NCBI GenBank assembly: GCA_041390625.1
Contig: JAWKPM010000006.1
Span: 69,131 to 133,130 of the forward strand
DNA length: 64,000 bases
Direction of reading: 5' to 3'
Source: Dehalococcoidia bacterium
GTDB lineage: Bacteria > Chloroflexota > Dehalococcoidia > UBA2979
The position numbers were made by a program, and so were the translations under genes. Under the pieces are notes generated by a model. The model was not told the origin of the DNA and made no database searches. It worked only from the letters and a program-made list of their open reading frames with translations. Positions 35,514-45,296 of the stretch are shown here, in pieces. Numbering within the stretch: position 1 is the stretch's first letter; every line of letters begins with the position of its first letter.

Positions 35514-37970
35514 GTGAAGGACGCGCATTCGATGAATTGGGACGAGCGCGAACGAACCTCGGGCGTCGTCGCAGACTGGATTGCCTCCGGTCGGCGCCCG
35601 TACGCGGACGTGCTTCGCAACCTCGGAGAGCTGCTGGTCGCCATCGCCGAACACGATGGCGCCGAGCGCACCTCGCCACCCCAGCGGGCGCGGGGCGATG
35701 CAGTCACGGCCGGCGGTCCAGCCCGCGCGGCCAGGGAGGGAACCATGACTGAGACGACGGAGCGGGCCACGCGGGAGGCGTTCTTCCCTCCGCCGTTGCC
35801 ATCGGCCGAGGCGCCCTCGACCGAGGACATCGCGATGATGCTCGCGGACGCGCGCGCGCGTGCGCATGAGCTGATCGACCAGTCGGTTGCCCGGGCGAAG
35901 GAGATGCTGGAGCGACGACAGCCGGCCGTCGACGAGGCGGCGACGAACGCGCAGCGTGAGGCGCAGCGCCTCGCCCTCGAGCGGCTGCGGCGATCCGTGG
36001 CCGAGATCCACTCCGACATTCGTGCGCTGCACGCGCGCCTCGATGGGATCGAGGGGCTGCTGCGACAGCGCCGCGAGCCCGACACCTCGACGAGCGCGGC
36101 GAACTCGGGCGGTACGCCGACCGCGACCGCACGCCCATCGGCCGCCGCCGCCTCGACGGCTGCGCCCTCGGCCTCGAAGGCCGCCGCACCGGCAGCGAAG
36201 TCGACGGCGCCGAGCGCCACGACCGCGCCGGCGGCCAGTACCACCGACTCGGCTGCGCCGACGGCGCGCCCGACGATGCCGGCTCGGAGTGAGTCGGAGC
36301 GCACTTCGACCTCGAACACCGCGAGCTCGACGGCCACGACCGGCTCGACCGCGACGCCGGCGCGCGACGAGCGCGCTGAGGACGCCGCCAAGCAGGAGGC
36401 GTCCTCGGACGCTGGCACGTCCTCGGCGACGGCCACGCCGGATGCGGTCGCCGCCGTGCGGGCCGAGCGGACCGAGCGCAGCTCCGAGGAGCGCGCCGCC
36501 CTCGCGGCCGGTGCGCGGGCCTCGCTGGCCACGGCTACCGACGAGGACGACGCGAAGGCCGAGACCTCGGGTGGCGCGAAGTCCGAGGACGCGGAGCGAG
36601 CGGGCACCTCGACGGCGGCGACGGCTTCGGCGCCGACGGACGCGCGCAGCGAGGCGACTTCCGCCGCCGCCTCGACGGCCGCGACCTCGGACGCGGAGCG
36701 AACCGCCGAGCAGCACGCGGAGCCCGCGACGGCGACGCCGAGCGAGGCAGCCGCGCGGGCGACGAGCGCTGAGACGAGCGAGCCGCCCGTCGAGCAGGCG
36801 CACCGCCGGATCGAGGACGCCGTCGCCACGGCGCTCACGGCCGCGCGGAATGCCGCGATAGCCGCCGCGAAGCCGGCGCTGCCCTCGAGCCTGGCCGGCA
36901 GCGGGCGTGACCGCGAGACCTCGAACCTCGACGAGTCGACGGAGGCGCCGCCTGCCAGTTCGGCCACGACGACCCGTACGCCGGCCTCGGTCGGGTCTGG
37001 CGCGCGCAACGAGCTGCAGAGCGCGGCGCCGGCGGAGCCTCGGACGAGCGAGGCCTCCAAGGAGCAGACGTCATCGAGCTCGACGGGTGCGACCTCGACG
37101 TCCGCCGCGAGCACCCCGAGCGCGGCTCGCAGCGAGGCGCCTGCCTCGGCGCGACCGGCCGGGCTGTGGACGCCGCCGACGGTGGCGCCGCCAACGCCCG
37201 CTCAGCCTCGAGCGGAGGCGCCCGCTGAGGTTGCTTCGAGCGAGGCGACGCAGAAGAAGGACGAGTCCGAGGCGGCACGTGACGCCTCGAGTGAGGCAGT
37301 GGAGCGCACCGTGGCGGCCTCGGCGCTGCGTCAGGAGAGCGAGCGGCGCTCGCCGCTGACGCCCACGCCGCGGCCGTTCACGCCCGTGACGCCGCCGAGC
37401 GGGAGCGCGACGCCGACCGTCGAGCGGGTCGTCGAACCTGCCTCGCAGGGGCTGCCGCGATTCGCGACGCCGGTGCAGTCCGGTAGCGAGCGGGCCACCG
37501 AAGAGGCCGAGGCGACCTCACCTCGGACGTCGGCGCCGCCGGCCTCGTTGCGGCCGAACCCGCCGACCCTGACGCCGCCGCGCGGCCACTCGGACGCGCC
37601 GCCGGCGGAGACCTACGTCCCGGGCAAGGCCGCCGAGGCGCTCACTCGTGAGGAACCGGCCTCGGAGGCCGCGGAGAGCAGCAGCAAGTCGACTGCCTTC
37701 CCCGGTGGAGGTGCGATCGTCGTTCGCGTGTCGCCCATCTCGGGCTTCCAGGGGCTGATGCGCGTGCAGGACGCGATTGCGAACCTGCGAGAGGTGCGCG
37801 AGGCCGCCGTCGAGGCGTACGCTCGGGGCGAGGCGCAGCTGCGCGTCGCGCTGGTCGACGAACTCGCGCCGGAGCGCCTGACCAAGGCGCTCTCGGACGG
37901 GCTCGGCCAGGACGCGAAGGTTGAGGCAGCCTCGGTCGATGAGCGCACCATGCGGGTGACGCTGGCGTAG
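35514..37970 (+). CDS. Large (818 aa) Ala/Ser/Thr/Glu-rich low-complexity protein with short structured N- and C-terminal regions
   Basis: About 80% of the protein is a compositionally biased disordered region. The last ~90 aa (AIVVRVSPISGFQGLMRVQDAIANLREVREAAVEAY...) look folded. It lies between the response regulator and the histidine kinase. Confidence 0.55.
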   Translation: MKDAHSMNWDERERTSGVVADWIASGRRPYADVLRNLGELLVAIAEHDGAERTSPPQRARGDAVTAGGPARAAREGTMTETTERATREAFFPPPLPSAEAPSTEDIAMMLADARARAHELIDQSVARAKEMLERRQPAVDEAATNAQREAQRLALERLRRSVAEIHSDIRALHARLDGIEGLLRQRREPDTSTSAANSGGTPTATARPSAAAASTAAPSASKAAAPAAKSTAPSATTAPAASTTDSAAPTARPTMPARSESERTSTSNTASSTATTGSTATPARDERAEDAAKQEASSDAGTSSATATPDAVAAVRAERTERSSEERAALAAGARASLATATDEDDAKAETSGGAKSEDAERAGTSTAATASAPTDARSEATSAAASTAATSDAERTAEQHAEPATATPSEAAARATSAETSEPPVEQAHRRIEDAVATALTAARNAAIAAAKPALPSSLAGSGRDRETSNLDESTEAPPASSATTTRTPASVGSGARNELQSAAPAEPRTSEASKEQTSSSSTGATSTSAASTPSAARSEAPASARPAGLWTPPTVAPPTPAQPRAEAPAEVASSEATQKKDESEAARDASSEAVERTVAASALRQESERRSPLTPTPRPFTPVTPPSGSATPTVERVVEPASQGLPRFATPVQSGSERATEEAEATSPRTSAPPASLRPNPPTLTPPRGHSDAPPAETYVPGKAAEALTREEPASEAAESSSKSTAFPGGGAIVVRVSPISGFQGLMRVQDAIANLREVREAAVEAYARGEAQLRVALVDELAPERLTKALSDGLGQDAKVEAASVDERTMRVTLA

Positions 37971-38090
37971 CCGCCGTCGCGGCTGGCTGGAGGACGCGGC
38001 ATCTTCGATCAGCTCGCGTTCGATCCAGAGGTCGGCTCGACGCTCCGACGCATCTCGGCCGCCACGCGCCGCCTGCAACTGGCGGCGCTC

Positions 38091-39593
38091 GTGGCGGTCG
38101 TGGCCGTCTTCGGCGCGCACCTCGCGGTGTGGTGGGCCCGCTTCGACGGATTCGACGGCACGGTCCTCGCGGTCGACACGTTGCTGGCGGTGGCGGCGCT
38201 CGTCGCGATCGCGACGCACATCGAATCGCTGGCGCGCGAGCGTCGGCGCTCGGCGATGCTGCGGCTCATGGCCTCGACGTACTCGGTGCCGCGGGGGATC
38301 AACGAGACCGCGGGCGCGGGCGTCGAGCTGCTGGTGGCGGCCGGGTTCGCGGACGCTGGTGTCGCCGCGATCGTCCGCACCGAGGCGGGCGGCGGCGTTG
38401 CCACGGGCGACGACGCACTGGGCGACGTCGCGATGCTCAACGCCGTCGGGACGGCCGGGTTCCCAGAAGGCCTCGAGGAGCCGAGCGCCGACAGCCTGCC
38501 GATCTCCGCAGTGCACGAGTTCCGCATCGGGCGCGAGGCGACGGAGACCGATCGCTGGCTCGCGCCCCTCGGGGAGGACCTCGGACCTCGACCGTGGGTG
38601 GCGCGCATCCCGCTGCACAACGGCGAGGAGACGCTCGGCGCGCTGCTGCTGGTAGCGCGGCATCGAGGGGCGCTGCAGGACGAGGGACTGCTGCAGCTGA
38701 TCGCCTCGTTGATGGGCGGCGCCCTCGACTACGCGCGGCTCTACCAGGCGGCCTACGACCAGGCGCGCGACCTGGAGGCGCAGGATGGGCGGCGTCGCGA
38801 GTTCCTGAACGCGATCTCACACGAGCTGCGGACCCCGCTCACCTCGATCCGGGCGTTCGCGGAGCTGCTGAGCGAGCAGCGGCGGCCGACGCGGGGGCGT
38901 CGACGTCCCTCGGACGACGAGCTGCTGCAGTCGCTGGCGCGCGGGGTCGACCGGCTGAGCGAGCTCGTCGAGGACCTGCTGGGTCTCGGGCGGATGGAGG
39001 AGGTCCACGACGTCGTCGAGGTGGGCCCCGTCGAGCTTCGGGCGGTGCTTCACGACGTCGAGACGATCCTGCGGCCGGCGTTCGCGCAGGCGGAGCAGGA
39101 GCTGCACCTCGAGCTGCCCGAGGAGCCGGTGTGGGTGCGTGCCGAGACGCGGACCCTCGAGCACGTGCTGATGAACCTGATGTCAAACGCGAACCGACAC
39201 ACACCCTCGGGCGGCAGCGTCGATGTGCGCGTCATCGAGGAGCCGACGGCGGTGCGTGTCGAAGTGCACGACAGCGGGCCGGGCATCGAGGCGGCGGACC
39301 GCGACCGCATCTTCGAGCCGTTCTATCGCGTGCAGCGGCCGGGCGTGGCGCAGGTGCCGGGGGCGGGCCTCGGGCTCGCGATTGCGCGTCGGAGCGCCGA
39401 GCGCCTGCGGGGGCGGTTGTGGGTGGATGGCGAGACGGCGGCGGGGGACGGCGGGGCGCGCTTCTGCCTCGAAGTACCCGCACTGCCGGCCTCGGAAGTG
39501 CCGCTGCCGATCGAGGAGCCCGAGGTGGCGCCCGCCGAGCCGGACCCGCAGCTGCGGATGGACCTCGTCGAGGGTCGAGGCGTGGAGCGCTGA
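38091..39593 (+). CDS. GAF-domain sensor histidine kinase
   Basis: HisKA H-box ISHELRTPLTSI. HATPase N-box NLMSNANRHT, G1 HDSGPGI and G2 GAGLGLAI. A GAF-like region precedes these motifs. Confidence 0.85.
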   Translation: MAVVAVFGAHLAVWWARFDGFDGTVLAVDTLLAVAALVAIATHIESLARERRRSAMLRLMASTYSVPRGINETAGAGVELLVAAGFADAGVAAIVRTEAGGGVATGDDALGDVAMLNAVGTAGFPEGLEEPSADSLPISAVHEFRIGREATETDRWLAPLGEDLGPRPWVARIPLHNGEETLGALLLVARHRGALQDEGLLQLIASLMGGALDYARLYQAAYDQARDLEAQDGRRREFLNAISHELRTPLTSIRAFAELLSEQRRPTRGRRRPSDDELLQSLARGVDRLSELVEDLLGLGRMEEVHDVVEVGPVELRAVLHDVETILRPAFAQAEQELHLELPEEPVWVRAETRTLEHVLMNLMSNANRHTPSGGSVDVRVIEEPTAVRVEVHDSGPGIEAADRDRIFEPFYRVQRPGVAQVPGAGLGLAIARRSAERLRGRLWVDGETAAGDGGARFCLEVPALPASEVPLPIEEPEVAPAEPDPQLRMDLVEGRGVER

Positions 39594-39657
39594 GCTCACG
39601 CTGTCGCCCTCGGTAGCGGTGCTGCCGCTCCTCGGGTGTGTGCCGTAGCCTGAGGCC

Positions 39658-40842
39658 ATGCACGTCTCTCACCTCGAGCTCTCGAATGTGCGCTCGTTTC
39701 GACGCCTCGAGCTCCCGCTCGCGCCGGGGATTCACGTCGTCGTCGGGTCGAACGCCAGCGGGAAGACGAACCTGCTCGAGGCGATCGCGATGCTGGCGAC
39801 GACGCGCGGGGTACGCGGCGGCAGCGACGGCGAGCTGATCTCCTGGGACGCCGTTCGGGAGGACCCGCTGCCCGCGGCGCGGTTGGCGGCGCAGGTCGAA
39901 TCCAACGGCGGGCGGACGAGCATCGAGATCACCGTGATCGCGCGGGCGGGCGGCCTCGCGGCGAGCGCGGACGCGCCCACGGCCTCGAGGCGGTTTCGCG
40001 TCAACGGCGTCGCGCGGCGGGCCTCGGACCTGATCGGGCGGCTGCGCGTCGTCATGTTCTCCGCGGACGACATCGCGATCATCGACGGATCGCCCTCGGG
40101 GCGGCGCCGTTTCCTAGACATCACGCTGTCGCAGCTCGATGGACGCTACGTGCGTGCGCTGCAGCGCTACGGGCGCGTGGTTCAGCAGCGGAACAGCCTG
40201 CTGCGGCAGTTCCAGGGCCGGCGGCACGACCCGAACGAGCTCGAGTTCTGGGACGGCGAGCTGGCGACGGCGGGGGCCGTGATCCTCGGTGGGCGGGCGC
40301 GGCTGCTGTGCGAGCTGGGGAAAGAGGCGGCGGCGCGCCACGCGGAGCTCTCGACGGGGTCGGCGCCCCTCGAGATCGCGTATCGCCCGGCGGTGCCGGA
40401 CGGCCTCGACGTGGGCCAGCCGGAGGAGGCGCTCGAGGCGGCGCTGCGCGAGGCGCTCGAGCAGGGGCGGGCGCACGATGTGCGGCGGGGAGTGACGCAG
40501 ATCGGGCCGCACCGCGACGACGTCGCGTTCCTCCTCGGCGGGCACGACGCGGGCGCGTATGCCTCGAGGGGGGAGCAGCGCACGGTGGCGCTGGCGCTGC
40601 GCCTCGCCGAGGTGGCGCTGTCGACCTCGAGGACGGGCGAGCCGCCCCTGCTGCTGCTCGACGACATCCTCTCGGAGCTCGACGAGGAGCGGCGGGCGCG
40701 GGTGATCCATGCTGCGTACGACGTCGACCAGGTGCTGATTACGACCCCGGACGGCGATCGTCCGACGGCGGAGGAGCTGCCCGGCGCGCGGCGTTACCGG
40801 TTATCGGAGGGCGCGCTGCATCCCATCGAGGCGTCGACGTAG
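39658..40842 (+). CDS. recF: DNA replication and repair protein RecF
   Basis: Walker A GSNASGKTN. SMC-like signature SRGEQRTVALALRLAE. Walker B LLLLDDILSELD. 394 aa. Confidence 0.85.
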   Translation: MHVSHLELSNVRSFRRLELPLAPGIHVVVGSNASGKTNLLEAIAMLATTRGVRGGSDGELISWDAVREDPLPAARLAAQVESNGGRTSIEITVIARAGGLAASADAPTASRRFRVNGVARRASDLIGRLRVVMFSADDIAIIDGSPSGRRRFLDITLSQLDGRYVRALQRYGRVVQQRNSLLRQFQGRRHDPNELEFWDGELATAGAVILGGRARLLCELGKEAAARHAELSTGSAPLEIAYRPAVPDGLDVGQPEEALEAALREALEQGRAHDVRRGVTQIGPHRDDVAFLLGGHDAGAYASRGEQRTVALALRLAEVALSTSRTGEPPLLLLDDILSELDEERRARVIHAAYDVDQVLITTPDGDRPTAEELPGARRYRLSEGALHPIEAST

Positions 40843-40941
40843 CCTCGTTCGGCGCAGCCGCGGCACCTTGGTACCATCGGGCTTCCTGAGCGCCCGGGCT
40901 GCCTCGGGCGCGACCGATCGAGCACGACGCAAGGAGCAGCG

Positions 40942-41850
40942 GTGCTGGACATCACCCGCATCGACCACATCAGCATGGCCGTCAGCGACGCCGAGGCACA
41001 GGTGCAGTTCCTCGAGGGGTTGCTGGGCTTCGAGGCGACCGGGACCTGGACCGAGCAGACCGACGGGTATCGCGGCGTGAACCTGCGGGTGCCGGGCCGG
41101 TCGGACATCAACTGGGAAGTCCTCGAGCCGTTGCGGCCGGACTCGTTCGTCCAGCGCTTCCTCGACTCGCCGATGGGGCCCGGGCTGCACCATGTCACGT
41201 TCGAGGTGCCGGACGTCGATGCGACGGTCGAGCAGCTGCGTGACGTGAACATCGAGCCGTGGGGCGACCCGCCGCCGGTGGGCGAGCACTGGCGCGAGGT
41301 CTTCATCCACCCTCGAGACGGGCACGGCTTCCTGTTTCAGTTCGCCGGCCGGCACGATCACGACGCGGATGACGACGAGCCGGCGGCGCGTGCCCCACAT
41401 GAGCCGGGACGCCCTGCCCTCGGGATCACCGCGATCAACCACCTCTCGCACTCGCATCCGGACCGCACGGCCCTCGCGTTCTGGTACGAGCGCGTGTTCG
41501 GGATGCAGGGGATCTTCGCGAGCGACGCTTCGGGCGGGCCGTTCTCGACGGCGGTGCTAGAGACGCCGACGCAGCAGATGCGCTGGGAGGTGCTGCAGCC
41601 CTCGGGCCCCGGTTCGTTCGTCCAGCGCTTCCTCGATGAGCGCGGGCCTACGATGCACCACGTCACGTTCGAGGTGGGCGACTGGCGCCAGGCCGTCGAT
41701 GCGTGCGGCGACCACGATGTGCCGATGTTCGGGGAGCGCGAGGGCGTGACCGACGGCGCGCGGTGGCGCGAGGCGTTCATCCACCCTCGACATACGGGGG
41801 GGCTGCTGATTCAGTTCTTCTGGGAAGAGCGTCCGGGGGTCTGGATCTAG
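40942..41850 (+). CDS. Tandem VOC (glyoxalase/bleomycin-resistance/dioxygenase) domain protein
   Basis: Two repeated beta-alpha-beta-beta-beta modules with HHVTFEV in both halves. Confidence 0.8.
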   Translation: MLDITRIDHISMAVSDAEAQVQFLEGLLGFEATGTWTEQTDGYRGVNLRVPGRSDINWEVLEPLRPDSFVQRFLDSPMGPGLHHVTFEVPDVDATVEQLRDVNIEPWGDPPPVGEHWREVFIHPRDGHGFLFQFAGRHDHDADDDEPAARAPHEPGRPALGITAINHLSHSHPDRTALAFWYERVFGMQGIFASDASGGPFSTAVLETPTQQMRWEVLQPSGPGSFVQRFLDERGPTMHHVTFEVGDWRQAVDACGDHDVPMFGEREGVTDGARWREAFIHPRHTGGLLIQFFWEERPGVWI

Positions 41851-42884
41851 CTCGCGGGGTCGGAGACGAGGCGTGTGCCGCCGGCGGCGGTGTGGAGGCC
41901 CTCCATCTCGTGGACGTCGCCGTAGACCATCAGGCGGTCGCCGGTTCGCAACTGGGTGTTGCCGGCGGGGGCGACGATGAACTCGGCACCGGCGCGCTCG
42001 ATGCCGAGCAGGCGGCAGGTGCGCAGGGCACCGAAGACCTGCGCCACGGATTGACCCGAGAGGTCGGCCGTCTCGTCACCGAGGACGATCTCGGCGAACA
42101 TGCGGTTCTCGAGGCCGCCGTGGCGCGTCACGGAATCGATGAAGTCGACGACGAGGGGCTGGACCGCCTGCAGGGCCATGCGTCGACCGGCGATCTGAGC
42201 GGGTGAGATGACGCGGTCGGCGCCCGCCGCGAGCAGCCGGCGCTCACCGGACTCGGTGCCGGCGCGCGCGATGATCATGATCTGCGGGTTCAGGGCGCGG
42301 GCGGTGAGAGCGACGAAGGCGTTCTCGGCGTCGCTGTCGGCGGCGGCGACGATGACGCGGGCCGTGTCAGCATGGGCCTGGCGCAGCATCGCCTCGTCGG
42401 TGGCATCGCCGACGAGGGTCGTGATCTCGGTCTCGCGAGCGCGCTCGGCGACGGCGGGGTCACGCTCGATGACGAGGATCTCCTCGCCTCGCTCACGGAG
42501 CTCGAGGGCGACCTCCTGGCCGACGCGGCCGTAGCCGCAGATCACGATGTGGTTTCGCATGCGCTCGATCCTCCGATTGAGCCGCTGCAGGCCGAAGGCG
42601 TGCGCGACCTCGCCCAGCACGAGTTCCTCGACGGTGAGCCCGACGACGTAGAGCAGTGCACCGACGCCGATCGGGACGAAGAACAGAGTGAAGATGCGGC
42701 CACTCGTGTCGAGCGGCTGGACTTCCTCGTATCCGACGGTCGTGATGCTGATGACCACCATATAGGCGGCGTCGAGCAGGTCCCAGCCCTCGGCGAGCAT
42801 GTACCAGGCGACGCCGACGAGGGCGATCGCGAGGAGGACCAGCAGCGCGGCCGGGACTCGCCTCGAGAGGAAGCCAGTCCTCAC
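41847..42884 (-). CDS. Potassium-channel-family protein with a C-terminal RCK/TrkA-N domain and a variant selectivity filter
   Basis: Pore region ISITTVGYEEV where the canonical sequence is TVGYGD. RCK Rossmann motif ICGYGRVG. Confidence 0.75.
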   Translation of the reverse strand: MRTGFLSRRVPAALLVLLAIALVGVAWYMLAEGWDLLDAAYMVVISITTVGYEEVQPLDTSGRIFTLFFVPIGVGALLYVVGLTVEELVLGEVAHAFGLQRLNRRIERMRNHIVICGYGRVGQEVALELRERGEEILVIERDPAVAERARETEITTLVGDATDEAMLRQAHADTARVIVAAADSDAENAFVALTARALNPQIMIIARAGTESGERRLLAAGADRVISPAQIAGRRMALQAVQPLVVDFIDSVTRHGGLENRMFAEIVLGDETADLSGQSVAQVFGALRTCRLLGIERAGAEFIVAPAGNTQLRTGDRLMVYGDVHEMEGLHTAAGGTRLVSDPAS

Positions 42885-42920
42885 GAGGCCTCGAGGGTCA
42901 GGCGGGCGCCGGGCGTGCCC

Positions 42921-45251
42921 CTACGAGGCGCGCCCGATGCGCTTGCGCTTGTGCTGGACGTAGTCGACGAGGATGTACTCGCCGAGCTTGTCCGGTGTGG
43001 TGTAGAAGACGCGGCCACCGTTGATCTTTGCCAGCTGGTTCACGAACTCCTTCAGATAGTAGTTGCGATCCAGCATGAAGGTATTGATGGTGATCCGCTG
43101 CTGCGACACGCGCTTCACGGCCTTGAGCGTCTCGCGAATCGTGATGGGGCTGGGCGGGTAGGCGAACTGCGAGCGGCCGCGCTCGAGGTGCGCCGTGGGC
43201 TCGCCGTCCGAGATCATCAGGATCTGCCTCGTGGCGCCCTTGTGCTTGGCGAGCAGCTGCTCGGCCATCATGAAGGCGTGGTGCATGTTCGTGCCGAGGA
43301 CGGACTCGTCCCAGCGCACGTACGGCAGCTCGTGGAGCTTCAACTCGCGGGCGTAGGCCGAGAACCCGATGACGTAGAGGTGGTCGCGCGGGTACATCGA
43401 CGTGATGAGGTTCTGCAGCGCGAGCGCGACCTTCTTCGCGGCCTGGAACGAGCCTCGCAGGGCCATCGACCACGAGAGGTCGACCATCAGCACGGTCGCC
43501 GTCTGGGTCACCAGCTCCGAGCGATAGACCTCGAAGTCGTCGGGGTGCAGGCGGACGGGCATCGAGGCGCCTTCGCGCTCGAGGGCGTTACGGATGGTGC
43601 GCTCCATGTGGAGGTGGAACGGGTCACCGAACTCGTAGGGCTTGGTCTCGTCGATGCGCTCGCCGAGGCGGCCGGACTCCGGCGTCGGGTGGTTGCCGAT
43701 GCCCTGCTTGCGGAGCTGCTTGTAGATCTCGCCGAGGGCCTTCTGGCCGATGGTGCGCATGCCTCGGGGCGTGAGCTCCCAGGCGTCGCCGTCGCGCCGC
43801 ACGTAGCCGGCCTTCTCCAGCACCTCGAGGAGCTGCTTCAGCTCATCGAGGGTGTCGACGGCGTCGTCGCCGAGCAGCTCCCGCAGGGCATCGACGTCGA
43901 TGTGCTCGAGGTCGCCGCCGTACTGGGCGCGCTCGAGGTCGCGCTCGAGGCCATCGATGTCCTGCATCTGGCGCATGAGCTCCATGGCCGCCTCGAGACC
44001 GATCTCCTCGTCGCCGCGGAACGGGTAGGAGGAGGCCTGGTCCCTGGAGGGGTTGAGGAAGTCGAGGTTCTGCGCGAGCTGGCTCAGCTCGCCCTCGAGC
44101 TCCGGGTCGCCGAGCTTGTCGCCCAGCATCGACTGGAGCTGCTCACGCTGGTCGCCGGGGAGTGACTCCATCAGCGACTGCATGGCGGACATCTGCGCCT
44201 GCATCTGCTGGATCAGCTCGTCGAGCGACTGCGGCGGGTTGTCGCCGAACATGTCGCCGAACTGCTCCATGAAGTTCTCGAAGTCGGGCTCACCGCCGCG
44301 CATGCGCTCGGTGAGCATGTCGTTGAGGGCGCGCGCCATGTCTTTCATGCGCTGCATGTCGCCCTCGGACATCTGCTCGACCATCTGCTGCACGTTCTGG
44401 AAGAACGAGTTCACCATGGACTGGCGGAGGCTCTCGACGAGCTCCTGGAACTTGTGCTGTGCCTCGGGGTTGAGGAACTCGTAGTTCTGGAGCTCGCGCA
44501 TCTGGCCGGCGGGCTCGGGCGGCAGGTCATCGAGGAAGTCGTTCTTGCGCTCGGCGATGCGCCGGAGCATCTCGGCGAACTGCTCCTCCTCGGAGCGGCC
44601 GTCCTGGGCGGCGCCGCCTTCGGCGCCCTGTTCGCCACCCTGTTCGGAGCCGGGCTGGCCCGGCTGCCCGGGCTGTTGCTGGCCCGCCTGGCCTCGTTGC
44701 CCGGCCTGACCGCGCTGACCGCGCGCACCGCTCATCGAGGGGGTGCCGCGTGCGGAGGAGGGGGCGCCGTTCGCGCCCTCGGAGCCGGGTGCGCCGGACT
44801 CGCCCTGATCGCCGTCGGCGCCCGCCTCACCCTGCTCGCCGGAATCGCCTTCGGAGGGCTCGCCCGACTGCTGGTCGCTGGGGGCCTCGCCGGCCTGGTC
44901 GCCGCCCTGGGGCTGGCCGCCGGCCTGCTCCAGGCGCTCGCGGAGCGTGTCGCGCTCGAGACCGAGGATCTCCTCCAACTGTCGCTGGATGTCCTCCATG
45001 ATCCCGGAGAGGTCGAACTGGTCGAGGCGCTGGCGGCGCTGCTGGCGCAACTGCTGGAGGAGGTCGCGGAGGCCCTGCATGCGATCGCCCTGCGGGGTGC
45101 GCATGCCGCGCTGCATCAGGTTGCGCAGCGCGTGCTGGAGGTCGCCGAAGTTCATGAGGTCGTCGGTGAGCGCCTCGAGCACGTCGGCGGCGTCGAGCGT
45201 CGGGATGTCCTGTGTCCCGTCCCACTCGGAGTATCGGTAGCGCGTCGTCAT
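42921..45251 (-). CDS. VWA-domain protein with a long acidic Gly/Gln/Glu-rich linker
   Basis: C-terminal MIDAS VLMVDLSWSM (DxSxS). Central low-complexity acidic region. 776 aa. Gene downstream of the ChlI-like ATPase. Confidence 0.8.
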   Translation of the reverse strand: MTTRYRYSEWDGTQDIPTLDAADVLEALTDDLMNFGDLQHALRNLMQRGMRTPQGDRMQGLRDLLQQLRQQRRQRLDQFDLSGIMEDIQRQLEEILGLERDTLRERLEQAGGQPQGGDQAGEAPSDQQSGEPSEGDSGEQGEAGADGDQGESGAPGSEGANGAPSSARGTPSMSGARGQRGQAGQRGQAGQQQPGQPGQPGSEQGGEQGAEGGAAQDGRSEEEQFAEMLRRIAERKNDFLDDLPPEPAGQMRELQNYEFLNPEAQHKFQELVESLRQSMVNSFFQNVQQMVEQMSEGDMQRMKDMARALNDMLTERMRGGEPDFENFMEQFGDMFGDNPPQSLDELIQQMQAQMSAMQSLMESLPGDQREQLQSMLGDKLGDPELEGELSQLAQNLDFLNPSRDQASSYPFRGDEEIGLEAAMELMRQMQDIDGLERDLERAQYGGDLEHIDVDALRELLGDDAVDTLDELKQLLEVLEKAGYVRRDGDAWELTPRGMRTIGQKALGEIYKQLRKQGIGNHPTPESGRLGERIDETKPYEFGDPFHLHMERTIRNALEREGASMPVRLHPDDFEVYRSELVTQTATVLMVDLSWSMALRGSFQAAKKVALALQNLITSMYPRDHLYVIGFSAYARELKLHELPYVRWDESVLGTNMHHAFMMAEQLLAKHKGATRQILMISDGEPTAHLERGRSQFAYPPSPITIRETLKAVKRVSQQRITINTFMLDRNYYLKEFVNQLAKINGGRVFYTTPDKLGEYILVDYVQHKRKRIGRAS

Positions 45252-45296
45252 GAAGTCCCCTGACCGCCGGCCGTGCCGGCGCGGTGTGCTTGTCGC

